This document shows, piece after piece, positions 54,323-64,000 of a stretch of DNA of 64,000 bases (positions within the stretch are counted from its first letter, which is position 1; each line of letters begins with the position of its first letter). The notes beneath the pieces are model-generated. The model worked only from the letters and a program-made list of their open reading frames with translations, was not told the origin of the DNA and did not search any database. This DNA is from a virus, in IMG/VR virus record IMGVR_UViG_3300030106_006480, positions 10,143 to 74,142 of that record. One strand, written 5' to 3'. Position numbers and translations under genes: made by a program.

Positions 54323-54991
54323 ATGTCCGATTATTGGCGGGCACTAAGTATAGTTAAAAAATACGAGGGATTTAATGAGCGTGCTTATTGTGATCCAGAA
54401 ACAGGAGGCGAGCCTTTTACAATAGGTTATGGTACGCAGTTTTATCCTGATGAAACCCCTGTTAAACAGGGGCATCGCTGTACTAAAGAAAAGGCAATTG
54501 AGTATTTAATTAATGAAATAAGAGAGATTTCCAAAGAAATTGAAAAATTAGATTTACCAATTGACTTTGCAATGAAAGAAGCTCTCGCTTCTTTTGTGCA
54601 TTCTGTTGGATGGAAGCCATTTCTTTACAGTAGTATTATTGATTCAGCAGAACGAAGAGACTGGCTAGCAGTAGTAGAAGAAATAAATTCTTGGATTTAC
54701 GATCGAAATAATAATGTAATTGCTCCTTTAATCAACAGAAGACAAGAAGAGGCTTTATTGTTTTTAAGCAATGTAGACTGTGCCTGGACATCTCAGGAGT
54801 TATTGCTTAAAGCTTTTAGAGATTATAGTGCAGCTCCTCACGAAGTGCGAGCAATAAGAAATCTACAGCAACAAATCAACCCTTATGTGCTTGCGGATTT
54901 CTACAATCAGTTCTATTTAAAAGGCCCCAAAGATTGGGAGATGTCTACAGAAGATCTTGATAAAATTTTTAGTGTAGGTCTTACTGAATAG
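54323..54991 (+). CDS. Lysozyme (GH24 endolysin)
   Basis: KYEGF...AYCDP....PFTIGYGT; ALASF; L..RR..E..LF. Confidence 0.85.
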   Translation: MSDYWRALSIVKKYEGFNERAYCDPETGGEPFTIGYGTQFYPDETPVKQGHRCTKEKAIEYLINEIREISKEIEKLDLPIDFAMKEALASFVHSVGWKPFLYSSIIDSAERRDWLAVVEEINSWIYDRNNNVIAPLINRRQEEALLFLSNVDCAWTSQELLLKAFRDYSAAPHEVRAIRNLQQQINPYVLADFYNQFYLKGPKDWEMSTEDLDKIFSVGLTE

Positions 54992-55019
54992 ATTAGAATA
55001 AAAAAAAGAATTTAATCAA

Positions 55020-55310
55020 ATGGGTAGTTCTAACGAAACAAAAGAGTTTGAAATGCCCCTTCATATGCAGCTTGCATTGAGGAGAGCAGAATTGCAAGCA
55101 AAAGAGTTGACATGGGATCAACTTGTTACAGCATTACTAGAACTTTATCGTCAGCGTTTGATGGAAATTCAAACAATAAAGGACATGCTTCAAGAAGAAG
55201 CAATTGAACTTGAGTTTGATATTCCCTCTGATGTAGAGCTTGTGCAATTAGCTATGACAGCAATGCTAGAAGAAGATACTGAAGAAGGAGAAGAAGAACA
55301 TCCTTTCTGA
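55020..55310 (+). CDS. NblA-like protein with acidic C-terminal tail
   Basis: MPLHMQLALRRAELQAKELTWDQLVTALLELYRQRLMEIQTIKDML matches the NblA helix-loop-helix pattern. Confidence 0.6.
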   Translation: MGSSNETKEFEMPLHMQLALRRAELQAKELTWDQLVTALLELYRQRLMEIQTIKDMLQEEAIELEFDIPSDVELVQLAMTAMLEEDTEEGEEEHPF

Positions 55311-55336
55311 TTTATACTTTTTAAAACAAATAAAAA

Positions 55337-55654
55337 ATGCTCTCAACAGAATATCGACTTCGTCTTGAATTTATTTGTTCAAAAATTGCAAAAGGAGAAG
55401 AGGTAAAGCTAGAAGATATGATCTGGGCCGATAAGCTTGCAAAAGCAAATCGATCAGCAGGTGAAATTATGCGCCGTGCCAGAAGATTAGTAAACAACCC
55501 AGAAATGAAACAATCTAGTCTAGAGGGATTTATGAATGCATTGGACCTGGGAGATCCAGATCCAAACAATCATAAGAAAGGTTTTGATAGCGCGGATGAT
55601 ATGGTCCAGTGGTTTAGCCAAGACAAAACTGACGATTGGCGTCAACGAGATTGA
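55337..55654 (+). CDS. Conserved cyanophage hypothetical protein
   Basis: MLSTEYRLRLEFIC...LDLGDPDP...WF...DDWRQRD. Confidence 0.7.
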   Translation: MLSTEYRLRLEFICSKIAKGEEVKLEDMIWADKLAKANRSAGEIMRRARRLVNNPEMKQSSLEGFMNALDLGDPDPNNHKKGFDSADDMVQWFSQDKTDDWRQRD

Positions 55655-56082
55655 TCAATCAAACGTTTTAAATACCACTCTGCTTTTTTCAGTGACTCAA
55701 TACCCCCTTTATGCTTTTCTCTCCAAACATACTTGGCGACGTTACCTTTTAGGTAGCCTCTATATTCTTCTGGCGTTAGCTGTGCTTCGATGGCTTCAAT
55801 ACATTCAACACCGCCGTCAGTGTAGTGAGAAGGATGATTTACATTATCGATCAAAACAGGACGTTCTTTTGAATCGTCGTCGTTTGTATTAGTAGCCCAA
55901 GGGACAGGGCAAATTCCCCCTGGACAATCAGAGGTCTCTTCAACTTCTTCTTCTAATGTTTCATTTATCTGATTAAACCAATCCTTTTTTAATTCAGATC
56001 GATCATTAACTTCCGTGGTTGAGGCATTGCTCCGTTCTGCAAACCCATTTCGGCACTTGGTATTGTTCCCGTTAGACGACAT
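55642..56082 (-). CDS. DUF3310 domain protein
   Basis: NVNHPSHY.....ECIEAI...GYLKGNVAKYVWR...KGG.ESLKKAEWYL. Confidence 0.85.
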   Translation of the reverse strand: MSSNGNNTKCRNGFAERSNASTTEVNDRSELKKDWFNQINETLEEEVEETSDCPGGICPVPWATNTNDDDSKERPVLIDNVNHPSHYTDGGVECIEAIEAQLTPEEYRGYLKGNVAKYVWREKHKGGIESLKKAEWYLKRLIDQSR

Positions 56083-56279
56083 CGACTTAACTCCGGATCT
56101 AATGAAAGATTAATCCTAGGACGAGAAGCTTGAGTTAAAGCTAAGCCAGTATTAAATTGGTCATACAAAGGAACATCTTGATCTTCATTATCTAATTCTT
56201 CACCAAAATCTTCTACATCTACCATGCGCCCAGGTACTTCATTCTTAGTGCGCAAAAAAGAATCGATAAAAGGATCCAT
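55989..56279 (-). CDS. Hypothetical protein
   Basis: ORF overlapping the DUF3310 gene start. Confidence 0.5.
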   Translation of the reverse strand: MDPFIDSFLRTKNEVPGRMVDVEDFGEELDNEDQDVPLYDQFNTGLALTQASRPRINLSLDPELSRCRLTGTIPSAEMGLQNGAMPQPRKLMIDLN

Positions 56280-56337
56280 TGATATTAGGGTTTAAATTCC
56301 TCTATTACAATGGTAACATCAGGAATTTGTTTATTTA

Positions 56338-56673
56338 ATGGATAAATATAAAAACCAAAGCAGCTCTGGTGCTGAAGTCAGCGATTTAAATCCTGAGCAG
56401 CAGTACGATGTTGATCTTCGTTATTTTGATGAAGAAGAGAAAGCAATGGGCGGTGATCTTGCGAATAAAGGAAAGCAGAGGAATGTTCGTCAGTTTTTAA
56501 AGTCATCCAGAGCAGCTGATCTTTATCGGAAAAAGAAAGAGGTGGAAGCGCCATACTTTGATCAACGTAATTTACAAGGTTACTCTAGTTTTTATGGACC
56601 CAAGTACGGACCTGTTGGGTCTACTAATTATGCACCTAAGCCTACTTCGAGATTAGGAGTCAGACTTTACTAA
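56338..56673 (+). CDS. Hypothetical protein
   Basis: SGAEVSDLNPEQQYDVDLR. Confidence 0.55.
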   Translation: MDKYKNQSSSGAEVSDLNPEQQYDVDLRYFDEEEKAMGGDLANKGKQRNVRQFLKSSRAADLYRKKKEVEAPYFDQRNLQGYSSFYGPKYGPVGSTNYAPKPTSRLGVRLY

Positions 56674-57283
56674 AGACTACTTCATTTGGTTGGTTTTGAT
56701 ATTTTCCTTTTCTATCGGCATAACTTGTTTCACATGGCACACCACGATAAAACAACAGTTGACAAATACCTTCATTAGCATAAATACGATTAAATAGACC
56801 AGTACAATTATGGATTTCTAAAGTAAGATGACCTTCCCAACAAGCCTCTGCTGGTGTAATATTTGCCATAATTCCTGAGCGAGCATAAGTACTTTTACCG
56901 ACAGCAACTACAGTAATGTCCCTTGGAAGCTTAATATATTCCATAGCAACTCCAAGACAATAACCATAAGGAGGAATGATAAAATATTGACCCCTTTTAT
57001 CTTCTTGCAAGTCAGTCATCTTTAAAATGTTGGGATCAAAATCTTTTACATCACATTCTCCTCGCTGTACTCCTCCAAATAAAAGACATTGCTTTGGAGA
57101 AAGTCTAATATCATAGCCATAAGAACTTAATCCATAGCTAAGAATTTTACGATCATTCTCTTTAGATACACACGACTCAGAAAAAGGACTAATCATTCCT
57201 TTATTCAGTGCAAGATCTTTGATTTCGTAGTCAGAAAGGACGCTCATTTTTTCTTGGCAGTCTTTTAAATATACACCTTTCAA
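56660..57283 (-). CDS. dcd: dCTP deaminase
   Basis: SYGLSSYGYDIRL, GKSTYARSG, TPAEACWEGHLTLE, YANEGICQ, YADRKGKYQNQ; likely start MSVLSD. Confidence 0.95.
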   Translation of the reverse strand: MKGVYLKDCQEKMSVLSDYEIKDLALNKGMISPFSESCVSKENDRKILSYGLSSYGYDIRLSPKQCLLFGGVQRGECDVKDFDPNILKMTDLQEDKRGQYFIIPPYGYCLGVAMEYIKLPRDITVVAVGKSTYARSGIMANITPAEACWEGHLTLEIHNCTGLFNRIYANEGICQLLFYRGVPCETSYADRKGKYQNQPNEVVFSKV

Positions 57284-57900
57284 GCGATAACACGACCTTT
57301 TTCAGAGTATAAATCCACAAAAAATTCAGTAGCTTTTTCAATATCAGTCTTAGGTTGTAAATAAACAGCCAAGCTTACTCCTGTTTTATATTTCTGCAAT
57401 CTCTCCTCGTTAAAATAATTTCTAATTAAAGTAGGACGCCCTTTCAAAATACAAACAGGGTGATCAAAAATATCCTGACAATACATTGTCATGTCAATAT
57501 AATTTGAAAAATAAATTGCTTGTTCTATTTCACCTTCCAACCATTTTCGTTTTAAGGTTCGCCACCATATTGCATGGCCTGCTGTCAAGGTAGGTGACAA
57601 CCCTCTAGTAGGCTTCCATCTTTGACTTTGTTTATGCCAAAAATAAGAGTGATGTGGAGGAAATAGATAAACATTTCCATGCCACTTTTGTTCATTTAAG
57701 CCATCATCAGTAGGCACAAAAAATTCTTTTGCATTAACAAATTCATTAGCTTTTTTAGAGCTAGCTGGATCTAAATCGATACCACCCATAACAAGATGGG
57801 CTGAATCTACTAAATCACGATTAGTAATCCATTCAAAATCTTCAATTTTTCTATTGCCTCTACGAAGCCCCATCTGCCATTTTGTTATAATCGATTTCAA
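57280..57900 (-). CDS. Phage N6-adenine methyltransferase-like protein with altered catalytic motif
   Basis: EWIT...MGGIDLDPASS..AN...DDGL..KWHGNVYLFPPH (NPPY replaced by FPPH). Confidence 0.7.
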   Translation of the reverse strand: MKSIITKWQMGLRRGNRKIEDFEWITNRDLVDSAHLVMGGIDLDPASSKKANEFVNAKEFFVPTDDGLNEQKWHGNVYLFPPHHSYFWHKQSQRWKPTRGLSPTLTAGHAIWWRTLKRKWLEGEIEQAIYFSNYIDMTMYCQDIFDHPVCILKGRPTLIRNYFNEERLQKYKTGVSLAVYLQPKTDIEKATEFFVDLYSEKGRVIA

Positions 57901-58249
57901 TATACCTCATTCCTCGCTCATCATTTAATAAGTAGCCTGCTTTTTCTTCAGGTTTAATTTTTGCCGCAGCTTGAATAATACGATCATAAACTTGATACAA
58001 GCTATCATCGTCTTCAGAATTTCTTTTTGCAGACTCCAGCTCTTCTAATGTCATCCAAAAAGCTGAATGCTCTGCCCCTGGTTGAAATACTAAAACCCCT
58101 GGGCCTTGTTCGGTCCAACATTTTACCCAGTGCTTACCCATATCTGCAAGAATAATCTTTACAGTGACATCTAAATATTTAGCTTCATCTTCAGAGTCGT
58201 GATTTTTAATAACTTTAGAAAGCAGCTCAGTTCTTCGGTCCATTATCAA
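57860..58249 (-). CDS. Hypothetical protein
   Basis: Operon ORF. Confidence 0.55.
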   Translation of the reverse strand: MIMDRRTELLSKVIKNHDSEDEAKYLDVTVKIILADMGKHWVKCWTEQGPGVLVFQPGAEHSAFWMTLEELESAKRNSEDDDSLYQVYDRIIQAAAKIKPEEKAGYLLNDERGMRYIEIDYNKMADGAS

Positions 58250-58697
58250 GCAGTCCTTGTTTTTTTAGTATTGTAAGTATCTTATCTAATGGCTGATAAA
58301 TTACAACCATTTTTCCTAGGACACCTCTTTTCTTAATTAATTTTCCATTTTCATCTCTTAACTTTTCAAATTCTTTTGCACGAATTAAATATTCTGCTAC
58401 ACAACGTAAACGACGTTTCAAAGATAAGTCTGCGTTTGGAAAACGATGGCATATAGTTTCTGATTGCATATCTTTAAAGGCAAGGCGTAATCTATTGGCT
58501 AAAGTCAAGTTACTATTTACATCTTCAAGTTCAAAACGTTTTAAAGATTCTAGATATCTTTTTAATGTATTTGTATCAAAAGAACCAGAAGGAGGAAGAA
58601 AAGGAAAAACCTGAGCGCAAAGTTCTTTTGGCAAATGCTCTTGATAATTTTCAAGAGTAATTATATCTATATTTATGTCAAAAAAACGGTGTTTCAT
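58227..58697 (-). CDS. Hypothetical protein
   Basis: Operon ORF. Confidence 0.6.
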   Translation of the reverse strand: MKHRFFDINIDIITLENYQEHLPKELCAQVFPFLPPSGSFDTNTLKRYLESLKRFELEDVNSNLTLANRLRLAFKDMQSETICHRFPNADLSLKRRLRCVAEYLIRAKEFEKLRDENGKLIKKRGVLGKMVVIYQPLDKILTILKKQGLLDNGPKN

Positions 58698-59143
58698 TTT
58701 TCTAAATGCTCAACATCAGGAACAGTTGGATTAGGGATATAATCTAAATTTCTTTTATTACGGCCATCATAAAGAGCATTCGTTGTATCAAAACTTCTCA
58801 AAGTGACTTCTTTCCCCTTTGCAAAAGAAATAATTAACTGATTCCAGGGGATTCGTACTGTATTTCTTTGTTTACCTGGGATAACAATATAATGAAGACC
58901 CTGTTTCCATCCTGTCTTTGGATTTTTCTTTCCCTGTAAAATCCAATTTCTGATGGTTTGATCAGAAATATTTAAACGCTTGGCACATTCTTCAGTAGAT
59001 ATGTACTCATCTGCATAGACTTCGGGAGAAACTTGATCTGTTTCTTCAGAAAAATAACGGCTATGCCACATTGAAGCAAGGATATTTCTGATACCTTTTA
59101 ATTCAGCGCTTACATCATGAAGTGCAGTGATCAGACCTTTCAT
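58694..59143 (-). CDS. Excisionase/MerR-like HTH regulator
   Basis: EYISTEECAKRLNISDQTIRNWI...GWKQGLHY. Confidence 0.7.
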   Translation of the reverse strand: MKGLITALHDVSAELKGIRNILASMWHSRYFSEETDQVSPEVYADEYISTEECAKRLNISDQTIRNWILQGKKNPKTGWKQGLHYIVIPGKQRNTVRIPWNQLIISFAKGKEVTLRSFDTTNALYDGRNKRNLDYIPNPTVPDVEHLEK

Positions 59144-59163
59144 TTTATTTATTTTTTTTAATT

Positions 59164-59538
59164 TTGTTTAATGGTACACTTTATGTAAACGATTTGCAAA
59201 TCATGGACGAACAAGTGCCTATGAGCCAGGAACCACAGATTCCTCAAGTACCTCGTCCTGATTTCACAGCTATGCGGCAGCAAGCAATGCAACAAGCTAT
59301 TGCAGAATTTGAACAACAAAAACTCATTGCACAGAATGAGAAAAGCACTCAACAATATCCTCAACCACAAATGACTGCTACTCCTACTCAGCAGCAAGTT
59401 GTTTATGTGCGTCGAAATCTTACACTAGCAGAACTGTTAATCACCTTAGTTATTGCTTGTGGAGTAGTCTTAGGAGGACAATTTACCTGGCATATTTTTA
59501 CTGACATCCTTCCAAGGATAGAGATAAAGGAGAAATAA
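59164..59538 (+). CDS. Gln-rich membrane protein
   Basis: Q/P-rich N-terminus and C-terminal TM; likely start MDEQV. Confidence 0.55.
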   Translation: MFNGTLYVNDLQIMDEQVPMSQEPQIPQVPRPDFTAMRQQAMQQAIAEFEQQKLIAQNEKSTQQYPQPQMTATPTQQQVVYVRRNLTLAELLITLVIACGVVLGGQFTWHIFTDILPRIEIKEK

Positions 59539-59581
59539 GCAATACTATAATTAACAATATAGCTTGTTAAAAGTAGTATAA

Positions 59582-61360
59582 ATGGCCTCCAATAGGAAAA
59601 TTACAGAGTTTCCGCTGATCATTGGAGGCGAAGTAGATGATGAAGATCTGCTAACAATTGTTCATATTTTTGAGGTTGACCCTACATTACGGAACAAAAA
59701 ACTAACTTTTAGCGGTTTAAAAAAATATCTAGATAACTTTTATTTAAATACAACATCAGGTGGTCGCGTTATAGGCGACCTAGAGATTTCAGGAAACCTA
59801 ACTGTTACAGGATATGGTGACTTTAATTATATAGATGTAACTACCTCAGGAAATTTTAATACTATTAATGTCACTAGTAATGCTGTTATTGGTGGAAATA
59901 TTACAGGTGTTGTTATCTCAGGTCAAAATGTAGTCATATCTGATGGGTTAGATGCGACTACAATTACAGGAGATACAGTAACGGGTACTACAGCCCAGTT
60001 CACAACAGGTGTTTTTCAACGCGTTGAAACTTTAAATACTGTTACTGGTAATCGTGCAGAATTCAATGAGTTTCAAGGTGGAACAGCTGTATTAACAACC
60101 TCAGTTTCTGGTGCAACTGTTACAGGAAATACTGGTGAATTCACAACAGGAATTATTCATACATTAATTGTCTCTTCCGGTCACACCATTGGTGGAGACT
60201 TAACTGTAACTGGAAATTTAAACGTATCAGGAGATTTTGTTCTTGATGGATCAGGAACAATTAATGAAACATTACATGTAGAGAGCGGCATTACAAATAG
60301 TGGTGACATTTCAACCATCACCATTACGGGTTCTGGTGCAGCTTTCACTACGATTACAGGTACGACAGTTACAGGTACTGATGCAAAGTTTGCCAGTGGA
60401 GACTTCACTACTAAAGTATCCGGCTTAACTATTACCGGCACCAGTGGTAACTTTACGCGTGTTCAAGCTGTCTCAGGTATTTATACTAGCCAACTGTCAG
60501 GTTTAACAGTTACAGGAACGAGTGCATTATTTACTGTAGTAACAGGAGTTTCAGGTGTATTTACTGAAGAAATATCTGGAACTACTATTACAGGTACAAC
60601 AATAAGAATGATTAGTGGTGCGTTTGAAAGTGGCACCTTTACTGAAAATTTATACGGACAAACCGTAACAGGTTTAACAGCACGTTTTGTTAGTGGTGTA
60701 TTCTCTTCTGAAGTAAGTGCCCCTGAAGTTACAGGTCAAACTGCAAGATTCCAAACAATCACAGGTGGATTTGGAAACTTTACAACACTGACAGGTGTTA
60801 CTTTTACTGGAGATACAATTAATGCCCAATCTGGTACGTTTACCACGATTGTTTCAGGTACTACTGTTACTGGAGATACGATTAATGGAACAACTATTAA
60901 TGCTGTAACTCTTCAAGCTATTAACTTATCATTCTCAGGTGACCAAACAATCTCAGGTAACTTTGATGTTATAGGAACAGGTTCATTTCAGAGCACTGTA
61001 AATCTTTCAGGAATTACGCGTTTTTCTTCTGGAACACAAGCTGGACCATCGATTACATATTTAAGTGATACAGGGGTAGGTTTATTTTTCAGTTCAGGTA
61101 CTAATACACAAATTAGTGTCACAACTTCTGGAACAGAAAGAGTTAGATTTGCAGATGATGCTGCATATGTTTTAAATAATTTAAGAGTATCTGGCACAAC
61201 CAATGTATCAGGAGATGCAACTTTTAGTGGAGATGTCCAGGCTGCTACTGTATTAATTACAACGCCTTCAGGAGGAACACCAGCAGCTATCATTTCTGGT
61301 GTTGTTTCAGGAAATACTTCAGGACTTGTTGTACAAGGGCCTTTGATTATTTTGCCCTAG
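59582..61360 (+). CDS. Tail fibre/spike protein
   Basis: NRKITEFP N-terminus; many SG.T(I/V)TG....F..G.F repeats. Confidence 0.75.
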   Translation: MASNRKITEFPLIIGGEVDDEDLLTIVHIFEVDPTLRNKKLTFSGLKKYLDNFYLNTTSGGRVIGDLEISGNLTVTGYGDFNYIDVTTSGNFNTINVTSNAVIGGNITGVVISGQNVVISDGLDATTITGDTVTGTTAQFTTGVFQRVETLNTVTGNRAEFNEFQGGTAVLTTSVSGATVTGNTGEFTTGIIHTLIVSSGHTIGGDLTVTGNLNVSGDFVLDGSGTINETLHVESGITNSGDISTITITGSGAAFTTITGTTVTGTDAKFASGDFTTKVSGLTITGTSGNFTRVQAVSGIYTSQLSGLTVTGTSALFTVVTGVSGVFTEEISGTTITGTTIRMISGAFESGTFTENLYGQTVTGLTARFVSGVFSSEVSAPEVTGQTARFQTITGGFGNFTTLTGVTFTGDTINAQSGTFTTIVSGTTVTGDTINGTTINAVTLQAINLSFSGDQTISGNFDVIGTGSFQSTVNLSGITRFSSGTQAGPSITYLSDTGVGLFFSSGTNTQISVTTSGTERVRFADDAAYVLNNLRVSGTTNVSGDATFSGDVQAATVLITTPSGGTPAAIISGVVSGNTSGLVVQGPLIILP

Positions 61361-61399
61361 TGTAGAATAGACAAATAAAAAGAGTAATAGTACCAAGAA

Positions 61400-63511
61400 A
61401 TGGCTCAATACGGGACAGTTAAAGCCGATTTTATTACATTCACTAGTGGCACGAATACCGATATTACTTTAACTGTAAGCAGTATTAAAAATATTGCAGA
61501 AACAGGAATTCAAATAACAGGAAATATTACAGGAAAAGATATTATTGCCAATGGAAATATTTATGTAACTTCAGGTGTTTTTATTGATGATACTTTAAAA
61601 GTAACAGGTGTTGTAGGTATTGGAGGAGAAACAACTGTAAGTGGGCACTTTAATGCTTCAGGACTTGCTTGTGTAAGTGGACTTCAAGTTTTAAACGATG
61701 CCACTGTCGCTGGAAACATTTCAGTAACAGGAAGTATTAGTGGTAATAGCCTATTTGTTGAATCAGGTTGTTTTGCGTCAGGAACAAAATCAAATCCATC
61801 AATTTATGCAAGTGGAGACGAAGACACAGGCATTTATTTTCCAAATCCAAACCAGGTTGGTTTTACAGCTGAGGGAGAAGAACGTTTTCGTGTGAGCAAT
61901 GGAACAGTTTTTATAACAGGTATCTTAGACATTAGTAAATCTCCTACAGAAAATCATGTTTTTATAGGAAATTCAATCGCAAGTTCGCATACTCTTGCAA
62001 ATGCACCAACAGATTTATTGGTAGTTGGTGATCATATTTTTGATTTTGTTTCAGGTATTAATGGAAATAATGGTATCCAAGACCAGGTTGCCTATGGAAT
62101 CCATTCTATGGAAACCTTAGTAGCTAATGGAGGAGGAGGAGATAATAATACAATTGGAACTCAAGTAGCTTATGGCTATTATGTTCTTCAAAATTTAAAA
62201 TTAAGTACAGGAGGAGCAGGTAATCATACTGTTGGAACTAATGTTGTCTTTGGACATGAATCATTCTTAATCCAAACTGCTACAGGGACAGAGACAAACC
62301 TTAATGTTTCTGTTGGTAGGCGTAATGCTTATGCAAATGATTTTGCTGGTGCAGCTCATAATAGTTTGCTTGGAAATGAAGCAGGATATAGCCTTAGCAG
62401 TGGTGTAGGTAATACACTAATCGGTTCTCTTGCAGGACGTACTGTTTCTGGTCAAAGTAATAATGTTGTTATTGGTTACTTAACAGGTACAGGTTTAACG
62501 GGAAGCAACAATGTTGTCATTGGATATAATCGAGATGCTCCTAACTTAACTGAAGATAAACAGCTAGCTATTGGAGCAGATGATGGAAATTGGATTACAG
62601 GGCGTTCAGATTTTTCAGTAACAGTTTCTGGAACATTAAGTGGAACCGTTATTGATGCAACGACTTTTTCTGGAGCATTTAGTGGTAATGGAGCAAACAT
62701 TACTAATTTAAACGGATCAGCAATTAGTGCAGGTACAGTTCCAGTTCCTAGACTTCCTATTGCAACAACCTCTTCTTCAGGTATTGTTCAATTAAATAAC
62801 ACTTTAACAAGCACATCTACCAGCTTAGCGGCAACAGCTGGTGCATTAAAAACTGCAAATGATACAGCAGAGGGAGCATTACAAAGATCTGGTGGAACAA
62901 TTTCAGGAGCAGTAACTTCTACTGCTGCTATTGATATTAATAATACTTTAACTGTTGGAGATGGTACCACAGCAAACCAAAAACTACGCATTCGTAAAGT
63001 TGATAATAACGTTGCAGACCATTTAGAGTTTTATAATGGCACAACACTTGTTGGTGAAATTGGTGTTGAAGATTCTAATTTTTTACGTTTAAATCAAGAA
63101 ACAAATACTCCTGTCTTTACTCCTCGATACATTAGAGCAGAACAAGGCTTTCATGTTGGTACTACTGAAGTTATTACATCAAGCGGAAGACTACATGCTG
63201 ATAATTCAACAATTTTAACTGCACCTGCAATTAGTTTTGAAGGAGATGAAGACACTGGAATCTATCGCCCCAGTGACAATCAAATGGGTATTGTCTCAAG
63301 TGGTGTTGAAGCAGTGCGTATTACTGAGGAAGCAACTCCTATTTTGCAAAAAGGTTTTGGTGTTAGTAATTTACCTTCTGGACAAGTTGGAGAAATTGCC
63401 AGAGTTACTGATGCAAATTCGCCTGCCGTAGGAAGCACAGTAGCAGGAGGAGGAGCAGCTCCTGCATTATGCTGGTACAACGGTACAAATTGGACTGTTA
63501 TCGGAGTTTAA
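61400..63511 (+). CDS. Tail fibre/receptor-binding protein
   Basis: Beta repeats, GDEDTGIY modules, N..IG repeats, ATTSSSGIVQL fibre repeat, WYNGTNW end. Confidence 0.8.
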   Translation: MAQYGTVKADFITFTSGTNTDITLTVSSIKNIAETGIQITGNITGKDIIANGNIYVTSGVFIDDTLKVTGVVGIGGETTVSGHFNASGLACVSGLQVLNDATVAGNISVTGSISGNSLFVESGCFASGTKSNPSIYASGDEDTGIYFPNPNQVGFTAEGEERFRVSNGTVFITGILDISKSPTENHVFIGNSIASSHTLANAPTDLLVVGDHIFDFVSGINGNNGIQDQVAYGIHSMETLVANGGGGDNNTIGTQVAYGYYVLQNLKLSTGGAGNHTVGTNVVFGHESFLIQTATGTETNLNVSVGRRNAYANDFAGAAHNSLLGNEAGYSLSSGVGNTLIGSLAGRTVSGQSNNVVIGYLTGTGLTGSNNVVIGYNRDAPNLTEDKQLAIGADDGNWITGRSDFSVTVSGTLSGTVIDATTFSGAFSGNGANITNLNGSAISAGTVPVPRLPIATTSSSGIVQLNNTLTSTSTSLAATAGALKTANDTAEGALQRSGGTISGAVTSTAAIDINNTLTVGDGTTANQKLRIRKVDNNVADHLEFYNGTTLVGEIGVEDSNFLRLNQETNTPVFTPRYIRAEQGFHVGTTEVITSSGRLHADNSTILTAPAISFEGDEDTGIYRPSDNQMGIVSSGVEAVRITEEATPILQKGFGVSNLPSGQVGEIARVTDANSPAVGSTVAGGGAAPALCWYNGTNWTVIGV

Positions 63512-63550
63512 GTTTATAATAGTTAAATATGACAAATAGTAGACAGTAAA

Positions 63551-64000
63551 ATGACTGAAAAATTTGGTGCTATTCATGTTGATAATTTTGTCTGCACCAG
63601 CGGTACCAGTGAAGTTGTTGTAAAAGTCAGTGGTTTAACTACTATTGCAAGAAGTGGGATTACGATTACAGGTGATATCTTAGCGGATAATATAACTTCT
63701 ACAGGAAATTTAGGTGTAAGCGGTACTACAACTTTAGCTGGTGTAAGTACTGTTAATAATAATTTAAATGTATCAGGATTATTTGTACAAAATAATGCAA
63801 CAATTACAGGAGATGTTTTTATCTCAGGTGATCTTACAGTTACAGGAACCATTACAGGAACTGTAGAAACAGCAGAGAATTTAAACGTTGTTGCAAACTC
63901 ATCTAATTTAGATCGTTTTCCTGTCTTCAGTACAGTTACAGCTGGTGTTTCTCTTCCATATGTTGATGGAGACTTTAAATATAATCCTAGTCAAAATAAA
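63551..64000 (+). CDS. Tail fibre protein, truncated by window end (absent from ORF track)
   Basis: MTEKFGAIHVDNFVCTSG... is paralogous to the 61400 N-terminus; frame open to the window end. Confidence 0.7.
   Translation, partial: MTEKFGAIHVDNFVCTSGTSEVVVKVSGLTTIARSGITITGDILADNITSTGNLGVSGTTTLAGVSTVNNNLNVSGLFVQNNATITGDVFISGDLTVTGTITGTVETAENLNVVANSSNLDRFPVFSTVTAGVSLPYVDGDFKYNPSQNK

Noticed and set aside
482-63852. Numerous short antisense or nested ORFs in the track (e.g. 482..664, 11953..12228, 42115..42444, 43071..43457, 60988..61293, 63574..63852)
   Set aside because: They are shadows of well-supported genes with biased codon usage and have no motifs or initiation signals
59582-64000. Diversity-generating retroelement or invertible fibre cassette
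   Set aside because: No reverse transcriptase, no invertase and no TR/VR pair; the 34260/54139 duplicate differs mostly at synonymous positions rather than only at adenines

Overview
This window is about 64 kb of a tailed dsDNA cyanophage genome, probably infecting a picocyanobacterium. Its gene content resembles the Synechococcus phage S-EIV1-like group; that assignment is from recall and is not verified by search. Layout: (1) 1-6.5 kb holds an exonuclease and an auxiliary cassette (two glycosyltransferases, gmd, a ColD-like PLP enzyme, a PMI-type cupin, Dps, HNH). (2) 6.5-25 kb is a mostly minus-strand early/replication arm (Gp157, SWIM protein, SSB, family A DNA polymerase, Gp88-like, ThyX, tRNA-Leu(TAA), PcfJ-like, many small ORFs). 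(3) About 24.9-25.4 kb is a non-coding divergence point with a DnaA-box match and an AT-rich tract. (4) 25.8-64 kb is a mostly plus-strand virion arm (internal proteins, terminase, portal, scaffold, major capsid, transglycosylase, lysozyme, tail fibres) with a minus-strand dcd/methylase-like block. The most striking signal not explained by the ORFs is a set of at least 13 structured intergenic elements in the early arm: three repeated families (five covarying H-type pseudoknots, four GGCA...GTAAG hairpins, three tRNA-like T-loop junctions) plus one switch-like hairpin. Other highlights: a glutamine (Downstream-peptide) riboswitch ahead of an unannotated YRG peptide, two NblA-like genes, a recurring [LIVY]AG[KRN][YF] peptide motif in late proteins, a 578-nt portal/scaffold overprint, and a split DUF5872-type gene. 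All family calls come from motif recognition by eye; no database searches were run.
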